From a virus (Duplodnaviria > Caudoviricetes), in the IMG/VR virus record IMGVR_UViG_2706796033_000001, positions 12,272 to 76,271 of that record: a stretch of DNA of 64,000 nucleotides; one strand, given 5' to 3'. Within the stretch, counting starts at the first letter, position 1, and each line of letters opens with the position of its first letter. Both the position numbers and the translations under genes were made by a program. Shown here piece by piece: positions 9,882-19,593 of the stretch. Below the pieces are notes generated by a model. That model was not told where the DNA came from. It searched no databases and saw only the letters and a program-made list of their open reading frames with translations.

Positions 9882-12170
9882 ATGGCTATCGCGTTCAACG
9901 CGGCCACTGTTGGGAGCATCACCGCTTCTGGGCGGACCGCTTCTGTTACGCATACAGCTAATGGCTCTAATCGGGCCGTAATCGTTATGGTCGTCGGTGG
10001 GTGCGGGCCAAGCAATGAACAGCCTTGGGGTAATGGTGATTCCGAGGGCTTGACCTGCACCTACGGCGGTGCGGCTATGACTCTGTTGGGTCATATCGGC
10101 ACTAACGCAGGCACTTTCGGTGGCGTGGCGTTCTTTGGGATGCTTAACCCGCCTACTGGCGTGCAGAATGTCGCGTTCTCTAAGACGAACATCACGTGGT
10201 CGCTGCGAGCGGCGGCTATGTCGTATACCGGGGTGGCGAGCTTCGGGGCGGCTAGTGCCACTTACGGGACCGGCTCAGGGGCCGGGCTAGGAATGTCGGC
10301 TACGTCTGCTGCGGGCGAGGTCGTCGCACAGGCGTGGGTAACGCTCCTGGGCACAGTCACCGGCTGGGCATCTTTGCCGAGTGGCACGCAGCGGCAGATC
10401 GTTAACGCTGTCGATTCTGGCGGCGGCGCTTACGGAGTTTTCGGTGATGCACCGGGCGCGGCGTTGGTGGCGTTCAGCGGAACGCGCACGACTTCGGGTG
10501 ACCAGTATGCGGCGGCTGCGGTTCGTCTATTGCCTGCGGAGGGTGGCGAGCCGGAGAACCCTGGTGAGCTGACAACGTTTTCAGCGACGGGCGCTTATAC
10601 GTACGACATTCCGTCGTGGGCCACGCATGTCGACGTTATTGCGATTGGCGGCGGCGGCGGCGGTGCCGGTGGGGCTAATATCGGCAACGGCGATGGTCAG
10701 GGCGGTAGCGCTGGGACGTGGCAGTCGTTGACGGTTAAGCGCGGTGTTGATATCCCGTCTGGTGTCACGCAGATTACGGGCGTAGTCGGCACTGGCGGTA
10801 CGGCTGGTGGTTCAGGTAACGGTTCCGGCGGTGGCGGTAATGCGTCGACTGCCTTAGCTTCTGGGCTTAGCGTTTCGGCTGCCGGGGGTTCGGGCGGCTC
10901 GGGTACTAACCCTGCTGGCGGTAGCACAACGTACGGCAAGTCGCCGGGCAACCGGGTGTTTAACGGGCAGACCTATGCGGGTGGCGCGCAGGCGGGCACG
11001 ACGAATAACCCAAGCGGCACTGGTACGGCTGGTAATCCGCCCGGTGGTGGCGGTGAGGGTGGCGGCGGTGCCTTGTTTGGCACCGGTTCACCTGGTGGCG
11101 TTGGTGGAGCTGGCCGGGTGTTCTTCTACGCCTATCGCGTCGGTGTCGACTACGACGGTCAGGCTTCGCTCGCTTTGGCGGTGTCTACGGAGGCGTCAGC
11201 CACGCTGCGGGCTGTAGCTCAGGCGGTGTTGGCAGTCGACGTGGATTCGCCGTCTGCCGTTTCGCACGGCCAGGCCATAGAGGCGTCTCTTGACGTCTCT
11301 GCCGACCCAGACGACGTGGCCCGGTATGACGCACTGGGTGGCACCGATTTGTTCCTTGACGTGGCTTTCACGGCTTCGGGCATGAAAACCCTGAACGGAA
11401 TTGCGGTGCTGTCGCTTTCGGCGGATACATGGGCCGACGTTACGGAGTTCAGCGTGGCTGACGCGCTGTTGTCTGTGGCTGCTGATACGTCGGCGGACGT
11501 TTCGCAGTGGCAGCCGCTTAGTGGCTCGCTGGCGGTCGGGGTTATCCCTACGGGTGAAATGTCGCAGGGCCAGGACGTGGGCGCTGATCTTGAGGCCATC
11601 GTGTCGCCTACGGCGGCGATGCTTTACGAGGGCACGGTGCGGGCGAACTTGGTGGTTAACGCAACGTTCGTCGCGGTTGCGGAGCGGGACGCTCCTGTGG
11701 ACGCGGACCTGGCTGTGGTGGTGGTCGGTACGGCTGACGCTTCGTCGGGGCCGGTCGCTGGCTCGGGCCTGGCTGTGGTTGTGACGACTACGGCGGCGAT
11801 GCAGCGCACGCAGTACGTGGACGCTGACCTGTCGCTTAGTGCGCTTACGGGTGGCGAGCTGTCCGCGAGTTTCGGTATTGACGCCATTTTGGAGCTGGTC
11901 GCTAACGCGTCGGTTTACTTCGGTTCGGTACGCGAAATTGTGGTGGTTCCTTTCCATGATCGGCACGCAGTTGTGCCTGAGAATCCGCGCTTAGTGGAGG
12001 TTAGGGGCGAGTTGCGCCTAATCAAGGCTGATGGCGATTACCGCATTGTGGGTGTGCCTGAGGTTGAGCGCGTGGTTTTGGTTGGCGATTCGGATAGGTC
12101 CGTGCTGGTGGCCGCTGTCGATAGGTGGGTTCAGGTCGCGCCGGTACCTAAGGCGGTGGCGGTGAGTTAA
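9882..12170 (+). CDS. Glycine-rich minor tail/fibre protein
   Basis: IGGGGGGAGG glycine-rich domain followed by Ala/Val-rich repeats. Confidence 0.7.
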   Translation: MAIAFNAATVGSITASGRTASVTHTANGSNRAVIVMVVGGCGPSNEQPWGNGDSEGLTCTYGGAAMTLLGHIGTNAGTFGGVAFFGMLNPPTGVQNVAFSKTNITWSLRAAAMSYTGVASFGAASATYGTGSGAGLGMSATSAAGEVVAQAWVTLLGTVTGWASLPSGTQRQIVNAVDSGGGAYGVFGDAPGAALVAFSGTRTTSGDQYAAAAVRLLPAEGGEPENPGELTTFSATGAYTYDIPSWATHVDVIAIGGGGGGAGGANIGNGDGQGGSAGTWQSLTVKRGVDIPSGVTQITGVVGTGGTAGGSGNGSGGGGNASTALASGLSVSAAGGSGGSGTNPAGGSTTYGKSPGNRVFNGQTYAGGAQAGTTNNPSGTGTAGNPPGGGGEGGGGALFGTGSPGGVGGAGRVFFYAYRVGVDYDGQASLALAVSTEASATLRAVAQAVLAVDVDSPSAVSHGQAIEASLDVSADPDDVARYDALGGTDLFLDVAFTASGMKTLNGIAVLSLSADTWADVTEFSVADALLSVAADTSADVSQWQPLSGSLAVGVIPTGEMSQGQDVGADLEAIVSPTAAMLYEGTVRANLVVNATFVAVAERDAPVDADLAVVVVGTADASSGPVAGSGLAVVVTTTAAMQRTQYVDADLSLSALTGGELSASFGIDAILELVANASVYFGSVREIVVVPFHDRHAVVPENPRLVEVRGELRLIKADGDYRIVGVPEVERVVLVGDSDRSVLVAAVDRWVQVAPVPKAVAVS

Positions 12171-12201
12171 GGCCGCTTAATAACTAAATAGAGGGGGTCC
12201 A

Positions 12202-12351
12202 ATGATTATGGATCACGCGGGGGAGCCGGAGGTTCGCTGCGTTGCATGTGGCGACCGCAGTGTGGACCATCCCACTTTCAAGCACAGGGCTTGGAATTGG
12301 TTGGCGGCTTCCGAGGCTTTCGTGCGGTTTCACCTAGGGCGGGTGCTCTAG
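12202..12351 (+). CDS. Small hypothetical protein (CxxC)
   Basis: GAGGGG RBS, 49 aa MIMDHAGEPEVRCVACG..., stop abuts the next GTG. Confidence 0.45.
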   Translation: MIMDHAGEPEVRCVACGDRSVDHPTFKHRAWNWLAASEAFVRFHLGRVL

Positions 12352-13293
12352 GTGAAGCACGAGGCTGTTTTGAGCACGATTCCCATGTCGCGGGGATCGG
12401 GATTTAAGTACGAATTGCGCGGTAAGCCGGGCGACTATTGGCCGGAGTCGGGCAGCGCTTACGTGGTGTTTTACGAGTCGACGGGTGCGGTGATCGCAAC
12501 CCTTGAGGGGATTGTTAAGCCGGAGCTGTTGCTGTTTGAGGCTGAGCCGGTAGAGATTGCGTTCATTCCGCATGGTGCGGGGTTTGAGCTGTTCGTTACG
12601 CCGGATGAGACCGGTGTGCCGGTGATGGTTCGTTATGGGACGGTCACGCGGCGGGAGGTCCGGTTTCCGGATGCGCCTGCTACTGACGTTTCGGATACGG
12701 CGCTGCTGTACGTGGACGATATGCAGCGGACGATCCTTGGGCCTAGGTGGCGCAAGGTTGGCGGCAAGGCTGCGATTTACGACGATTGGATTTCGCTGCA
12801 TCCTAAGCGGGCTATTGGTCCGGACTTCATTTTCTTTGACCGGGCGTCTGTGTTGTGGTTCGCGCCGCTGAATCTGGATTCGGTAACCGTTAACGTCAAT
12901 ATCGTTAACGCGGGTGCCGGTAAGTCGACGGTTGTTCTCGCGTCGGACTACAACATGACTTCATGGCTGGGAGTCCAGTTTGAGACCGGCATTTCTAACA
13001 ACAAGTGGCACATCGTGGTCGGGCATTCGCCGCAGGGCGATGACTATGAGATTAAGGCCAGCGTTGATGCGAACTCGGACAACGGCAATAACGCGCTAAT
13101 CAAGTTCAACCACGCTGCACGGCAGATTACGGCGTTCCGGAATAACGGCACGACGCCGATCCTGACGTGGACCGACGAGACGGAATCGCTGCCGATTGGT
13201 GACGGGTTCCGCTATACGGGCTTCTCTTGGATTTCGTCACTGGCTGCTCGTGGTGCGTGTTTTTACGACTGGTGGGCTAAGGACGGTATCTAA
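12352..13293 (+). CDS. Minor tail protein (lectin-like C-terminus)
   Basis: Beta-rich 313 aa ORF directly before lysin A. Confidence 0.6.
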   Translation: MKHEAVLSTIPMSRGSGFKYELRGKPGDYWPESGSAYVVFYESTGAVIATLEGIVKPELLLFEAEPVEIAFIPHGAGFELFVTPDETGVPVMVRYGTVTRREVRFPDAPATDVSDTALLYVDDMQRTILGPRWRKVGGKAAIYDDWISLHPKRAIGPDFIFFDRASVLWFAPLNLDSVTVNVNIVNAGAGKSTVVLASDYNMTSWLGVQFETGISNNKWHIVVGHSPQGDDYEIKASVDANSDNGNNALIKFNHAARQITAFRNNGTTPILTWTDETESLPIGDGFRYTGFSWISSLAARGACFYDWWAKDGI

Positions 13294-14463
13294 GTGGCGC
13301 TACTTGGGCAGTTAACGAGTGCGTCCAGCTTTGAAGATGTAGCCGAGGCGATTATCAAAGAGGCCGTCCGGCGGGGCTATGACCGCACTGGGCAGGTCGC
13401 GGTCACTGCCGACGGCATTCAGGAGTCGTGGCTTAAGCCTGGCGTTAAGAGCGCTAACGGCAAGTGGGTTGGCATCTATCAGCAGGACACGAGTTACACG
13501 GATCGGGATAACCCGAACGCGAATATCAAGCAGTTCTTTGACCGGTTGGACGTTAAGCGTAAGAGCGCTGGTGCGTCTCCGGACATTTGGCTGAACATTT
13601 TTTGGTTACAGCAGAGGCCGGGGGAGAAGTCCGCAGCTCTGGCTTACGCGAATGGGCGTAAAGAGTACCTGACTGAGATTAAGTCGCAGACGGCTCGCGC
13701 TGAAACCTTGGTTAATAAGTATGGGGGTGAGCCTGTGCCGGATAATCGGCCCGATTTTAACGAGTATGCGATTTGGAGTCCTAACTATTCGTCTCGCGGT
13801 TCGGCTAAGCCGACGATGTTTCTGTTGCATACGCAGGAGGGGGACGGTAATGCGGACTCGCTGGCGAAGTATTTCACTCCGGCCAGCCAGGTTAGTTACC
13901 ACTACACGATCAGTAAGGGTGCGACTGACGACGGTGTGACGGTCGTTGATTGTGTCGATACTGATTACTCGTCGTGGTCGGTTGGAAATGCTAACGGCAT
14001 TTCGATCAATCTGTGCTTTGCAGGGTCGCGGGCGAGCTGGTCGCGTGAGCAGTGGCTTGCGAAGGCTGGCCGCGCTATCGACGTGGCCGCGTACTTGGCG
14101 GTGCAGGACGCACAGAAGTACGGCTTCTCACCGCTGGTGGTGCCGCCTCCGTACACGAACGGCAGGCCAGGCATTAGCGACCACAGGTGGGTCACTGACG
14201 TGTTCGGGTGGGGTTCCCACACGGACGTAGGCGCGGGCTTCCCTTGGGACGTTCTGGCGGCTTCTGTGGCGAAGTACACCGGCCAGGCGACGACGCCTAC
14301 GGAGCCGGAGTTCACCTACCCGTCGACCGACGTAATGATCCGCGAGATTTGGGAACAGTTGCGCGGGCCGAAGGGTAAGGGTTGGCCGCAGCTCGGGAAG
14401 AACGCTAAGGGCGAGAACCTGAGTTTGGTTGACGCTATTGCGGAGCTTAAGGCGGCTGCCTAA
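13294..14463 (+). CDS. lysA: Lysin A (endolysin with amidase domain)
   Basis: LLHTQEG, SYHY, SWSVGNAN..SINLCFAG, HTDVG amidase motifs; C-terminal EQLRGP.GKGWPQLG. Confidence 0.9.
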   Translation: MALLGQLTSASSFEDVAEAIIKEAVRRGYDRTGQVAVTADGIQESWLKPGVKSANGKWVGIYQQDTSYTDRDNPNANIKQFFDRLDVKRKSAGASPDIWLNIFWLQQRPGEKSAALAYANGRKEYLTEIKSQTARAETLVNKYGGEPVPDNRPDFNEYAIWSPNYSSRGSAKPTMFLLHTQEGDGNADSLAKYFTPASQVSYHYTISKGATDDGVTVVDCVDTDYSSWSVGNANGISINLCFAGSRASWSREQWLAKAGRAIDVAAYLAVQDAQKYGFSPLVVPPPYTNGRPGISDHRWVTDVFGWGSHTDVGAGFPWDVLAASVAKYTGQATTPTEPEFTYPSTDVMIREIWEQLRGPKGKGWPQLGKNAKGENLSLVDAIAELKAAA

Positions 14464-15491
14464 TGGCCGCCGGGCCGGATGGCAAGTGGATCGGTTACGG
14501 ACTGGGGGACTCTGGCATCCCGGTCCTAACCGCCCGCCAAAAGCTCAAGGGAAAGTTCTCTTACGCGAGTCACCTAAGGGAGACGACGCTTTACGACAAT
14601 GAGCTTTTGCCGGTGCTGATTGAGTACCAGCTCCGGAAAAATGTTGAGTTCGCTAAGGCCGGTAAGAAGCTTCTGCGGACGGACGGCATTCTCGATTACG
14701 CCACGCAAGTAGCGCTCGGCGTTGTTGTGCCGGTGGCGCTGGTTAAGCCGGTGCTGTTCACGGTCCACGGTACGGGCCAGCCGGTTCCTGATGGGCCGGG
14801 TCTGCCTGCCGATACCGCGCGGGCGGTGCTCGATAAGTGGGACTGGCAGCCGATTGGTAACTACCCGGCTGAGCCGTTCCCCATGTGGCCTTCGATCCTT
14901 AAGGGCGTTGCGGAGCTGCGGGACCAGATTCGTAAGGCTCTGGCGGCTAACCCTCGCCGCAAGCTGGGGTTCGCTGGCTACTCGCAGGGCGCGGTGGTCG
15001 TGTCGCTGGTGATGAAGTACGACTTCATGGCCGAGGGCGGCGAGTTCCATGCCGAGTATGAAGCGGGGCAGGTTCTCGCGGTTGTTACGTGGGGCAACCC
15101 GATGCGTGAGCGCGGTGTTCAGCACGCGGACAACTGGAAGGCGATTGCGGATGCCGACACGGAAGGCATTCTTGAGGATCGGCTAGAGGGCACTCCGGCT
15201 TTTTGGCGGGAGTATGCACACAAGGGCGATATGTACGCGGCTTGTGAGCTGACCGGTGTGCAGCGCGGCGATAACAAGCGCGCGGTGTGCAAGATCATTA
15301 TGTGGCACGACGTGCTTAAGGGTGAAAACAGTATCCTCGCGCAGATTGCGGAGCTTCTGCAAAAGCCGATTCTGTATGTGATTCCACTGTTCCAGTCTGT
15401 TGTTGACGCGGGCATGTTTTTCGCGGCGGGGGTTAACTCTCCTCACGCTTATGCGATTGAACCCGCGATTGATTACCTAAGGAGTGTTTAG
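14463..15491 (+). CDS. lysB: Lysin B (mycolylarabinogalactan esterase)
   Basis: GYSQG serine hydrolase motif, VHGTG, WGNP; follows lysin A. Confidence 0.9.
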   Translation: MAAGPDGKWIGYGLGDSGIPVLTARQKLKGKFSYASHLRETTLYDNELLPVLIEYQLRKNVEFAKAGKKLLRTDGILDYATQVALGVVVPVALVKPVLFTVHGTGQPVPDGPGLPADTARAVLDKWDWQPIGNYPAEPFPMWPSILKGVAELRDQIRKALAANPRRKLGFAGYSQGAVVVSLVMKYDFMAEGGEFHAEYEAGQVLAVVTWGNPMRERGVQHADNWKAIADADTEGILEDRLEGTPAFWREYAHKGDMYAACELTGVQRGDNKRAVCKIIMWHDVLKGENSILAQIAELLQKPILYVIPLFQSVVDAGMFFAAGVNSPHAYAIEPAIDYLRSV

Positions 15492-15493
15492 TT

Positions 15494-15970
15494 TTGTTGA
15501 TTTATGACGAGCAACTGCCGGTGTTGGATGACACGTTTGAGGGCGACGAGGTTGCGTTGCTAGCGGTGCGCGGTGGACGGGTGGATCGGAATTTCCGCCG
15601 GAACTACGCGTGGGCTAAGCACGCGGCTGATCGTGGGCAGCTAAAGAAGATCGTTGTGAAGGTCGCGGTCAATAAGGATTCGTGGGTTCACACGGTGGGT
15701 GCGGTCACGTCGGCCCTATCGGGTCAGCGGTTGCATCCTCTGGCGGCTTTCAATGTGGACGCGGACGTGCGGGATATCGGCGGCGACAGGCTAACGCAGG
15801 TATTGGAGGCGCTTAAGGAGCTGGCACCTAAGCCAGCGGCCTTTATGGCGACTGGTGCCGACGTTAAGGCTCTTGTACGGGCACAGAACGCGCAGGCGAA
15901 GAATGCGCCCAAGCCGGGGCCGAAGAGTGAAGCGAATAAGAACGTTGAGGACGTGAAGGACGGTGAGTAA
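15494..15970 (+). CDS. Hypothetical protein in lysis cassette
   Basis: ORF tightly packed between lysB and holin. Confidence 0.55.
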   Translation: MLIYDEQLPVLDDTFEGDEVALLAVRGGRVDRNFRRNYAWAKHAADRGQLKKIVVKVAVNKDSWVHTVGAVTSALSGQRLHPLAAFNVDADVRDIGGDRLTQVLEALKELAPKPAAFMATGADVKALVRAQNAQAKNAPKPGPKSEANKNVEDVKDGE

Positions 15971-16224
15971 TGAAGATTCTCGGGCACAAGCCGAGCGAGA
16001 TTCGGAAGTCAATTGCGGGGTTCGCGGCTGCCCTGTTGGTACTGCTAGTGGCGCTACCTGTGGCCGGTCTGCCGGTCGCTGTTGCGGCTGTAGTGGCGAC
16101 TGTGACGGCCTTCCTGACGGGTGTGAGCGTCTATCTCGCTAAGCCTAATGTGGCTGCGGTAATCGACGGGCTGGACATGGTTGATCCGCCGGTCGAATAC
16201 CCACCATTTATTGAGAAGTCATAG
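15970..16224 (+). CDS. Putative holin
   Basis: 84 aa, two hydrophobic segments, lysis cassette position. Confidence 0.7.
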   Translation: MKILGHKPSEIRKSIAGFAAALLVLLVALPVAGLPVAVAAVVATVTAFLTGVSVYLAKPNVAAVIDGLDMVDPPVEYPPFIEKS

Positions 16225-16226
16225 CC

Positions 16227-16649
16227 ATGCCGGAGACGGGCGAGTGGATTGGGGTGCTGGTCACTAACTGGCCTGAGCTTGCAGTGATTGCCAGCTTAGT
16301 GTTCGGCGTTTATATGATCGTTCGTTTCCTGGCGGGCACCTTCGAGTCGTTTAGTAGGGCGCTTGGGCCGGTGGGCAGGTTCCTCCGCGCTCAGCGCGCT
16401 ATTAACAAAGCTGAATCAGACGACATGCGGAAGCGGATTGCGTACCTGGATGAGCGGGTTACGCGTCTGCTTTACCGCGACCAGTGTTATTTCGCGTACG
16501 TGTTGGCTGACACGGAGTGGCATCGCAGGCATGAGCTTAAGGCGGCGGCACTTGGTTGGGTGTTTGAGCCGCACGTTTCATTCCTTGAGTTCCGCGACAC
16601 GTGGATGCGCGAGCGTGGACTAGATAAGGAATTGGAAATTTGGAAGTAA
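16227..16649 (+). CDS. Membrane protein (lysis-associated)
   Basis: N-terminal TM segment followed by coiled coil. Confidence 0.6.
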   Translation: MPETGEWIGVLVTNWPELAVIASLVFGVYMIVRFLAGTFESFSRALGPVGRFLRAQRAINKAESDDMRKRIAYLDERVTRLLYRDQCYFAYVLADTEWHRRHELKAAALGWVFEPHVSFLEFRDTWMRERGLDKELEIWK

Positions 16650-16906
16650 CGGTTTACTCACCAGCGACCGCTTGCACAAGCTGCATGGCAACGAAGCTAG
16701 CGCTTAAGGGTGCGGCTATTCCGTTTACGGCTGTCGTGGCCTCTGACGATCAGGTGGAGAAGTTTAAGGCGGATGGGCACTCGGCGTTCCCGGTCGTTGT
16801 CGTGGATTGCGGCGACGGCGCTACGTGGACGTGGAACGGTTACCGCCATGACGACATTAAGCGACTTAAGGAATTGCGGCAGGAACAGACGCCTTTGGCG
16901 GCTTAA
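16640..16906 (+). CDS. nrdH: NrdH-like glutaredoxin
   Basis: VTVYS...CTSC..TK.L, FPVVVV, W.GYR.D.I. Confidence 0.75.
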   Translation: MEVTVYSPATACTSCMATKLALKGAAIPFTAVVASDDQVEKFKADGHSAFPVVVVDCGDGATWTWNGYRHDDIKRLKELRQEQTPLAA

Positions 16907-16913
16907 ATAGACT

Positions 16914-16970
16914 CGGGCACTCGCGCTCCCCTCTTTCCCCTGGGGTTGAGCGCGGGTGCCCGTCTTTTTG
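16914..16970 (+). terminator. Intrinsic terminator ending the late operon
   Basis: CGGGCAC.CGCGCTC...GAGCGCG.GTGCCCG stem + TCTTTTT, at a junction of convergent genes. Confidence 0.75.
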
Positions 16971-16975
16971 TGTTT

Positions 16976-17320
16976 CTAGCAGTATCCGCAGTCGCAGTCG
17001 TCGGGTGACCGGCTGGATATGACCATCACGGCACCCTCAGGCTCCGACTCGATGTTGTCGAACTTGGCGGGCGGGAACTTGCCGTAAATGCCGTCCTCGA
17101 ATCCGGCCAGGGTCCGCTGGTGCTGCCAGTCGGCCCGCTCGATTAGCGCCCGGTCCCGCTTGGCCCGTTCTGCCGCCTGTGCGTCCATATGGCGAGTGAT
17201 CTTGCGTGCGATGAGGTAAGCCAGCCAGACAAGCGTTACGCCCAGCAGAAGCGGCCACACAACCTTGACCACAAGCACTACCACCACGGCGATAGTCAGC
17301 CAGACGGCGAACTCACTCAT
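16976..17320 (-). CDS. Membrane protein
   Basis: Hydrophobic N-terminus; ADWQH...G.YGKFPP motif common in mycobacteriophage immunity-region genes. Confidence 0.65.
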   Translation of the reverse strand: MSEFAVWLTIAVVVVLVVKVVWPLLLGVTLVWLAYLIARKITRHMDAQAAERAKRDRALIERADWQHQRTLAGFEDGIYGKFPPAKFDNIESEPEGAVMVISSRSPDDCDCGYC

Positions 17321-17658
17321 GTACCTATGCTCCCTGTCGCGTATATGGAGGACTCGTACTCGGGGCAGTAGTAGGCGACCGCGCCGCTAAGGATGCCGAC
17401 CGCCAATGCCTTGTCCCCTAAGAGGCTGGTGTCGTCGGCCAGGATTTCCCGCCACGATGAGCCGTCCGCCAGTTGAGCGCACCGCGACTGCGCGATGGGC
17501 ACTGCCATGTTGCAGTTAACGTTGCGCCCGGTCTGCCCGGCCACGTAGGTGCAGAACTCGTAGTCGTCCTGCGGAGCGGCTGCCGCGTGCGGGGCGGCTA
17601 GACCGCTGAGCGCAAGGGCCGCAAGCCCCACAAGCGCGCGTGCGTGTCGATTAACCAT
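17317..17658 (-). CDS. Secreted DUF732-like protein
   Basis: Signal peptide ending AAA-PQDD, C..L..G, AVAYYCP. Confidence 0.7.
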   Translation of the reverse strand: MVNRHARALVGLAALALSGLAAPHAAAAPQDDYEFCTYVAGQTGRNVNCNMAVPIAQSRCAQLADGSSWREILADDTSLLGDKALAVGILSGAVAYYCPEYESSIYATGSIGT

Positions 17659-18344
17659 TGGTCGATCTTGTCTCGGTTAGGTTCGTCTGGCAAGGAGGTC
17701 GTAGCTTCGGCGCGCTGGATCATGTCGCGCCAGTCCCGAATGTCCTCTAGCACCTGTTCCTGGGGAACCTCGCCGTTGCGGATGCTCAGCAGGTAGTCCC
17801 GCCTGAGTTCCATCATGGGCATCTGCATGTTCTGCGTGACCAGCATTTCGTGGCCCTGCATAAGCAGACGGAGCGCATGGAACGCGGCCTTAGTGTCGTA
17901 GCCGTGCGCCTCAATCAGCTCGGGCCGGTTGGTGCGCGGGGCGCGTTCACCGGTCAGCCGGGCTGCCATTGAGTCTGCGTATCCCATGTGCCGCGCAGCG
18001 AGCCGCTTGCTAAGGAACATGTGCCGGTTATCTTGCAACCCGATAAAGTCGGGGAAGATCAGGTTAGGCGTAAACAGCAGGGTCATAACCGTAGGGTTTC
18101 CCTGGCAAACAAGACTCACATATTTACGCAGACCGTAAAACTGGGTCTCAGAGTCTCCGGCCTCACTCTTAACACCTTCGGGCTTATCCCGCCTCCGCAC
18201 GGCCCCCACCTGCGGCTTAAGGCCGATTAGCGCCTCCGGCGGGTCGGCATAGACGCCGATGTAGTCATGGTCGGAGTCCTCACGGTTTAGGCCGTGGGCA
18301 AACGATCCAATCTCGCCAATGATCAATGGCCGAATCTCAGCCAT
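17598..18344 (-). CDS. Pol-beta superfamily nucleotidyltransferase (RNA-repair-associated family)
   Basis: GS.AHGL...DSDHD..GVY, GNP...LLF, GYDTK.A.H.LRL motifs. Confidence 0.8.
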   Translation of the reverse strand: MAEIRPLIIGEIGSFAHGLNREDSDHDYIGVYADPPEALIGLKPQVGAVRRRDKPEGVKSEAGDSETQFYGLRKYVSLVCQGNPTVMTLLFTPNLIFPDFIGLQDNRHMFLSKRLAARHMGYADSMAARLTGERAPRTNRPELIEAHGYDTKAAFHALRLLMQGHEMLVTQNMQMPMMELRRDYLLSIRNGEVPQEQVLEDIRDWRDMIQRAEATTSLPDEPNRDKIDQWLIDTHARLWGLRPLRSAV

Positions 18345-18427
18345 GCTTCCCCCTAAACAAAGCTAGCCCCGGCGGGCGCTCCCCCTCCCAAGAGAGCGGC
18401 CAGCCGGGGCCAGCGGTCTTGTTGCCG

Positions 18428-18892
18428 TTAAGACGACTCCCCGGCTGCCGAAAACTGCGGGTCGTCTTTCTTCTGTGCCGGTGCAGCTTTCTTAGCTGGT
18501 GCGGCCTTTTTGGCTGGTGCAGCCGCTTTGATTTCGTCACCGGTAGGCGACCCTGCGGCTTTCCATTCCCGAACGATCTGCGCGGAGACGCGGCCACGGT
18601 CGGACACTTCGTGCCCGTTGAGCTGCGCCCACTTGCGAACGTCTGCGAGCGGCAGGCCCGGCTCTCCACCAGAGAACGTGTTTTTGCTGCTAGAGCGCTT
18701 GCGACCGGTTTCCTTGCCGACGCGCGAGGCCACTTCCAGCCACTTCTCCATGTCCTTGTCGAACTGCTTAGCGTTCTTCTCGGACAAGTCCAAGTGGTAG
18801 TTGACTCCTCCGACGCCGAAGTCACGCTCTACCTCAGCTTCAAGCTCCGGCTCGTAGTCATCGAACAGCGTGACGGTTACCCGTTTACCCAT
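18428..18892 (-). CDS. lsr2: Lsr2-like DNA-bridging protein
   Basis: V.VTLFDD, YHLDLS.KNA, VRKWA..NG.EVSDRGRV; C-terminal AAPAKK repeats. Confidence 0.9.
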   Translation of the reverse strand: MGKRVTVTLFDDYEPELEAEVERDFGVGGVNYHLDLSEKNAKQFDKDMEKWLEVASRVGKETGRKRSSSKNTFSGGEPGLPLADVRKWAQLNGHEVSDRGRVSAQIVREWKAAGSPTGDEIKAAAPAKKAAPAKKAAPAQKKDDPQFSAAGESS

Positions 18893-18937
18893 TTCGGTAT
18901 CCTCCCGGTTTCGTTGTTTCGGGTATGTGGTGCGTAC

Positions 18938-18967
18938 ACAGTAAGCATGTTATCCGGCCTTAGTCAA
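18938..18967 (-). promoter_or_regulatory. SigA-like promoter for the lsr2 cassette
   Basis: Minus strand TTGACT-18 bp-TACTGT. Confidence 0.5.
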
Positions 18968-19087
18968 ACGTTTCTTTTGATTCTCTAGGTAGATAGCCGC
19001 TCTGCGCAGTAACACCGGGTCGTCCTTACCACAGAAGCCGTAGCTGGTCGCGGGCCGGTCGCAGTCGAAGTGTCCACATTCCTCCAC
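18950..19087 (-). pseudogene. 45-aa remnant of an endonuclease VII/HNH-type gene (internal deletion)
   Basis: Translates VEECGHFDCDRPATSYGFCGKDDPVLLRRAAIYLENQKKRLTKAG with an AGGAG RBS. Looks like an N-terminal Zn-knuckle fused directly to an EndoVII-like C-terminal helix. Confidence 0.45.
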
Positions 19088-19373
19088 GCGCGTGTCTCCT
19101 ACCGGACTTTAGTGAGCTACTAGATTCTTTTATTTTTTAATAACCACATCTTCAAGGTGACGTTTCGGAGGTTGTTTCTTTTTCGTTGCGTTTGTCGGGA
19201 ACGGTACTAACCCCCCTCCCCCTATGGATGATTCATGCCCGCACCGCCAGATCGGAAGTAATAGAAGCGCCCCTCAGGAAAGTCTTAGGATTCTCTTACC
19301 GCTCAAGTGTTGCGCGAGAGTGTCCGCAGGTGTAAGTGCCGCAGCGCTCCGACCAGCGCCGATCCGGCTCTTA

Positions 19374-19569
19374 GTTGATACTTTTGTTGATACCTGGCGG
19401 CAAAACACCCTCTGACCTGGGGTTTCTTAACTTCACCAGCGGATTAAAAGCCCGTAGATACACCCCCTGCACACGCTGGTGTAGGGTGTCAAACATGCAG
19501 CTAAGGCGGGTTTAGAGTCTCTAGATGACTCTAGATAACTCACCCGTAGTTGATACCTGTAGTTGATAC
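19374..19569. other. attP: attP: core resembling the tRNA-Lys(UUU) anticodon arm, flanked by arm-type repeats
   Basis: Minus strand 19436-19457 CTACGGGCTTTTAATCCGCTGG; GTTGATAC at 19374, 19386, 19549, 19562; directly upstream of int. Confidence 0.75.
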
Positions 19570-19593
19570 CTGGGCACCGCGAGGGGGCGAAAC

